Assembly (NCBI GenBank): GCA_036479435.1
Contig: JAZGFI010000194.1
Span: forward strand, 1-18,251
Length of the DNA: 18,251 bases
Reading direction: 5' to 3'
Source of the DNA: Planctomycetota bacterium
GTDB taxonomy: Bacteria > Planctomycetota > GCA-002687715 > DRQF01
Shown piece by piece: positions 16,785 to 18,251 of the stretch. The position numbers and the translations under genes were made by a program. The stretch's first letter is position 1, and every line of letters starts with the position of its first letter. The notes beneath the pieces are model-generated. The model was not told the DNA's origin. It saw nothing but the letters and a program-made list of their open reading frames with translations, and made no database searches.

Positions 16785-17576
16785 ATGGAAGGGGCTAGTC
16801 ACTTTTTTGCCAGCGTCTTCGAATCTTTCGGCGCGCTAGATTGGTTTACGACCGTACTCGTCGTCCCTGGCCTGGCCCTGGCCTGGTGGCTCATGAGCCG
16901 TTGCCCCCGCTCTTCGGATTCGTTTGGGGAGCGCGATCTTGCCTTTCCCATCGTGATCGTCGGTGCAGCGGCCTATCTACTCGCTCAACCTTTGTTTTAC
17001 TTTTCGTTGCGCGAGTCATCGCCGCGTGAGTTTTTTCTCCTCGCCGGCCTCCAGCGCTTGGGGTTTGCCTTGCTGGTAGTGGTGGCGGCCCGCCGGCTTT
17101 TGGCTTCGGGCAATCCTCTTCGACTCGAATTTGCGAGCTCTTGGCATAAAGTCACTTGGGGGCTCGGCATCTACGTCTCCGTTTTGCCCTTCGTGTTGTT
17201 CATGGGCTTGTTCCGCAACAAGGAAGTGGTTCAGAATTCGGCCCAGCAGCTCTTAGACAGCGAGTCGACTGGCTTGAGCGTCGTCATGTTTGCGACTTTG
17301 GTGTTGATTACTCCCTTCTTCGAGGAAGTCGTTTTTCGCGGCTTGATCCAAGGAGGTTTGCGTCGCGCCAATGAAGGCGGCTTGAGCATTTTCATCGCAT
17401 CGCTTCTTTTCATGCTGGTGCACGAACGCGAACTTTGGCCCCAAGTCCTGCTCTTAGGGGCCGTGCTGGGCATCGTCTACGAGATCACGCGAACTTTGTG
17501 GGTTCCGATTGCGGTTCACATGCTCCACAACTTGATTGCATTCGTGTACTTTTGGCGTTTCGCCAGCCCCGATTGA
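16785..17576 (+). CDS. CPBP (Abi/CAAX, Rce1-like) intramembrane glutamic endopeptidase
   Basis: Multi-TM protein with EEVVFRG, FMLVH and HMLHN motifs; GGAG RBS before ATG 16785. Confidence 0.92.
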   Translation: MEGASHFFASVFESFGALDWFTTVLVVPGLALAWWLMSRCPRSSDSFGERDLAFPIVIVGAAAYLLAQPLFYFSLRESSPREFFLLAGLQRLGFALLVVVAARRLLASGNPLRLEFASSWHKVTWGLGIYVSVLPFVLFMGLFRNKEVVQNSAQQLLDSESTGLSVVMFATLVLITPFFEEVVFRGLIQGGLRRANEGGLSIFIASLLFMLVHERELWPQVLLLGAVLGIVYEITRTLWVPIAVHMLHNLIAFVYFWRFASPD

Positions 17577-17584
17577 GGACCTTC

Positions 17585-18079
17585 ATGCGCAAGCCGCATC
17601 TCATCGAAGTCGACGGTGCCTTCATTGCCGACAACGCGACAATTGTGGGAGACGTCGACCTGAAGAAGGGTGTTTCCGTCTGGTACGGTACGGTCGTGCG
17701 CGGTGACGTTGCTCCCATCGTCATTGACGAAGAAACCAACGTCCAAGATCTCACGATGATTCATCCGCAGCACGACGAGGATATTTACATCGGCAAGCGG
17801 GTGACGATTGGACACGCAGCCGTGATCCACGGTCGCATCATCGAGGACGATTGCCTCATCGGCATCAAGGCGATCTTGCTCCCGGGTTCCGTCATTGGCG
17901 CAGGTTCCATCATCGGCGCCGGAACCCTCATCCCCCAAGGGGTCATCATCCCCCCGCGCTCCCTCGTCCTTGGCACTCCCGGGCGCGTCGTCCGCCAAGT
18001 GCGCGAAGAAGAATTCGCCAGCCTCCAAGACAGCGCCGCTCGCTACCTCAGCTACGCCCGCTCCCACCTCCCCAACTAA
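17585..18079 (+). CDS. Gamma carbonic anhydrase family protein (YrdA/PaaY-like hexapeptide repeat)
   Basis: IVGDV, SVWYGTVVRGD, NVQD, three His (MIH, TIGH, IHG), and LVLGTPGRVVR; GAGG RBS before ATG 17585. Confidence 0.93.
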   Translation: MRKPHLIEVDGAFIADNATIVGDVDLKKGVSVWYGTVVRGDVAPIVIDEETNVQDLTMIHPQHDEDIYIGKRVTIGHAAVIHGRIIEDDCLIGIKAILLPGSVIGAGSIIGAGTLIPQGVIIPPRSLVLGTPGRVVRQVREEEFASLQDSAARYLSYARSHLPN

Positions 18080-18092
18080 CCGGTTGTACGGA

Positions 18093-18155
18093 GTCAGACT
18101 AAATTCTCCCGCTTTTTTAGGTCAGACCTAAAAAAGCGGGAGAATTTAGTCTGAC
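18093..18155. repeat. Perfect 31-bp inverted repeat with a 1-nt spacer (REP-like palindrome)
   Basis: GTCAGACTAAATTCTCCCGCTTTTTTAGGTC-A-GACCTAAAAAAGCGGGAGAATTTAGTCTGAC. It extends by ACGG/CCGT after one mismatch. Confidence 0.95.
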
Positions 18156-18161
18156 GCCGTG

Positions 18162-18251
18162 ATGCGCCGATTAAAACCGGCAGAAAGCAGAGGATGAAAG
18201 AGCCTTACACTAAAGGGTTAGCCACCCGTGGTGGCCCCGAGTCATGCGCCC
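18162..18251 (+). mobile_element. Probable 5' end (domain I) of a bacterial group II intron, cut by the window edge
   Basis: (A)TGCGCC...CCGGCAGAAAGCAGAGGATGAAAGAGCCTTAC...AGGGTTAGCCACCC...GGCCCCGAGTCATGCG resembles the 5' region I recall from class E-like group II introns. No RT gene or domain V lies in the window. Confidence 0.6.

Noticed and set aside
3403..18131. Long antisense or alternate-frame ORFs (e.g. 4333-5253, 8825-9586, 14723-15829, 16031-16786, 17516-18067)
   Set aside because: Shadow ORFs expected opposite GC-rich genes; no motifs.
18194..18251. ORF start MKEPYTKGLATRGGPESCA
   Set aside because: More likely a translation of conserved intron domain I RNA than a real protein.

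Overview
GC-rich bacterial chromosomal segment, probably from a planctomycete (inferred from the ASPIC/UnbV gene, nusA without rimP and the gene style; not proven). The left end holds an apparent three-level nest: an IS3-family end inside an IS256-family transposase, which itself interrupts a CRTAC1-like (ASPIC/UnbV) gene. Next come two secreted-protein genes on the minus strand. One is HEAT-like; the other has an IPT/TIG domain and two near-identical proprotein-convertase P-domains and is preceded by a long, extensively base-paired leader. The core is a minus-strand nusA-infB-DUF503-rbfA-GT9 operon with an attenuator-like leader and no rimP or truB. Diverging from it is a histidine kinase, sigma-54 response regulator, thiS, thiG, CPBP protease and gamma-carbonic-anhydrase-family cluster. 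The right end has a perfect 31-bp palindrome followed 6 nt later by a probable group II intron 5' end. No complete novel system is demonstrable. The best leads are non-coding: the hairpin/intron junction, the structured leader at about 5250-5583, and the branched fold inside the IS256 left end.
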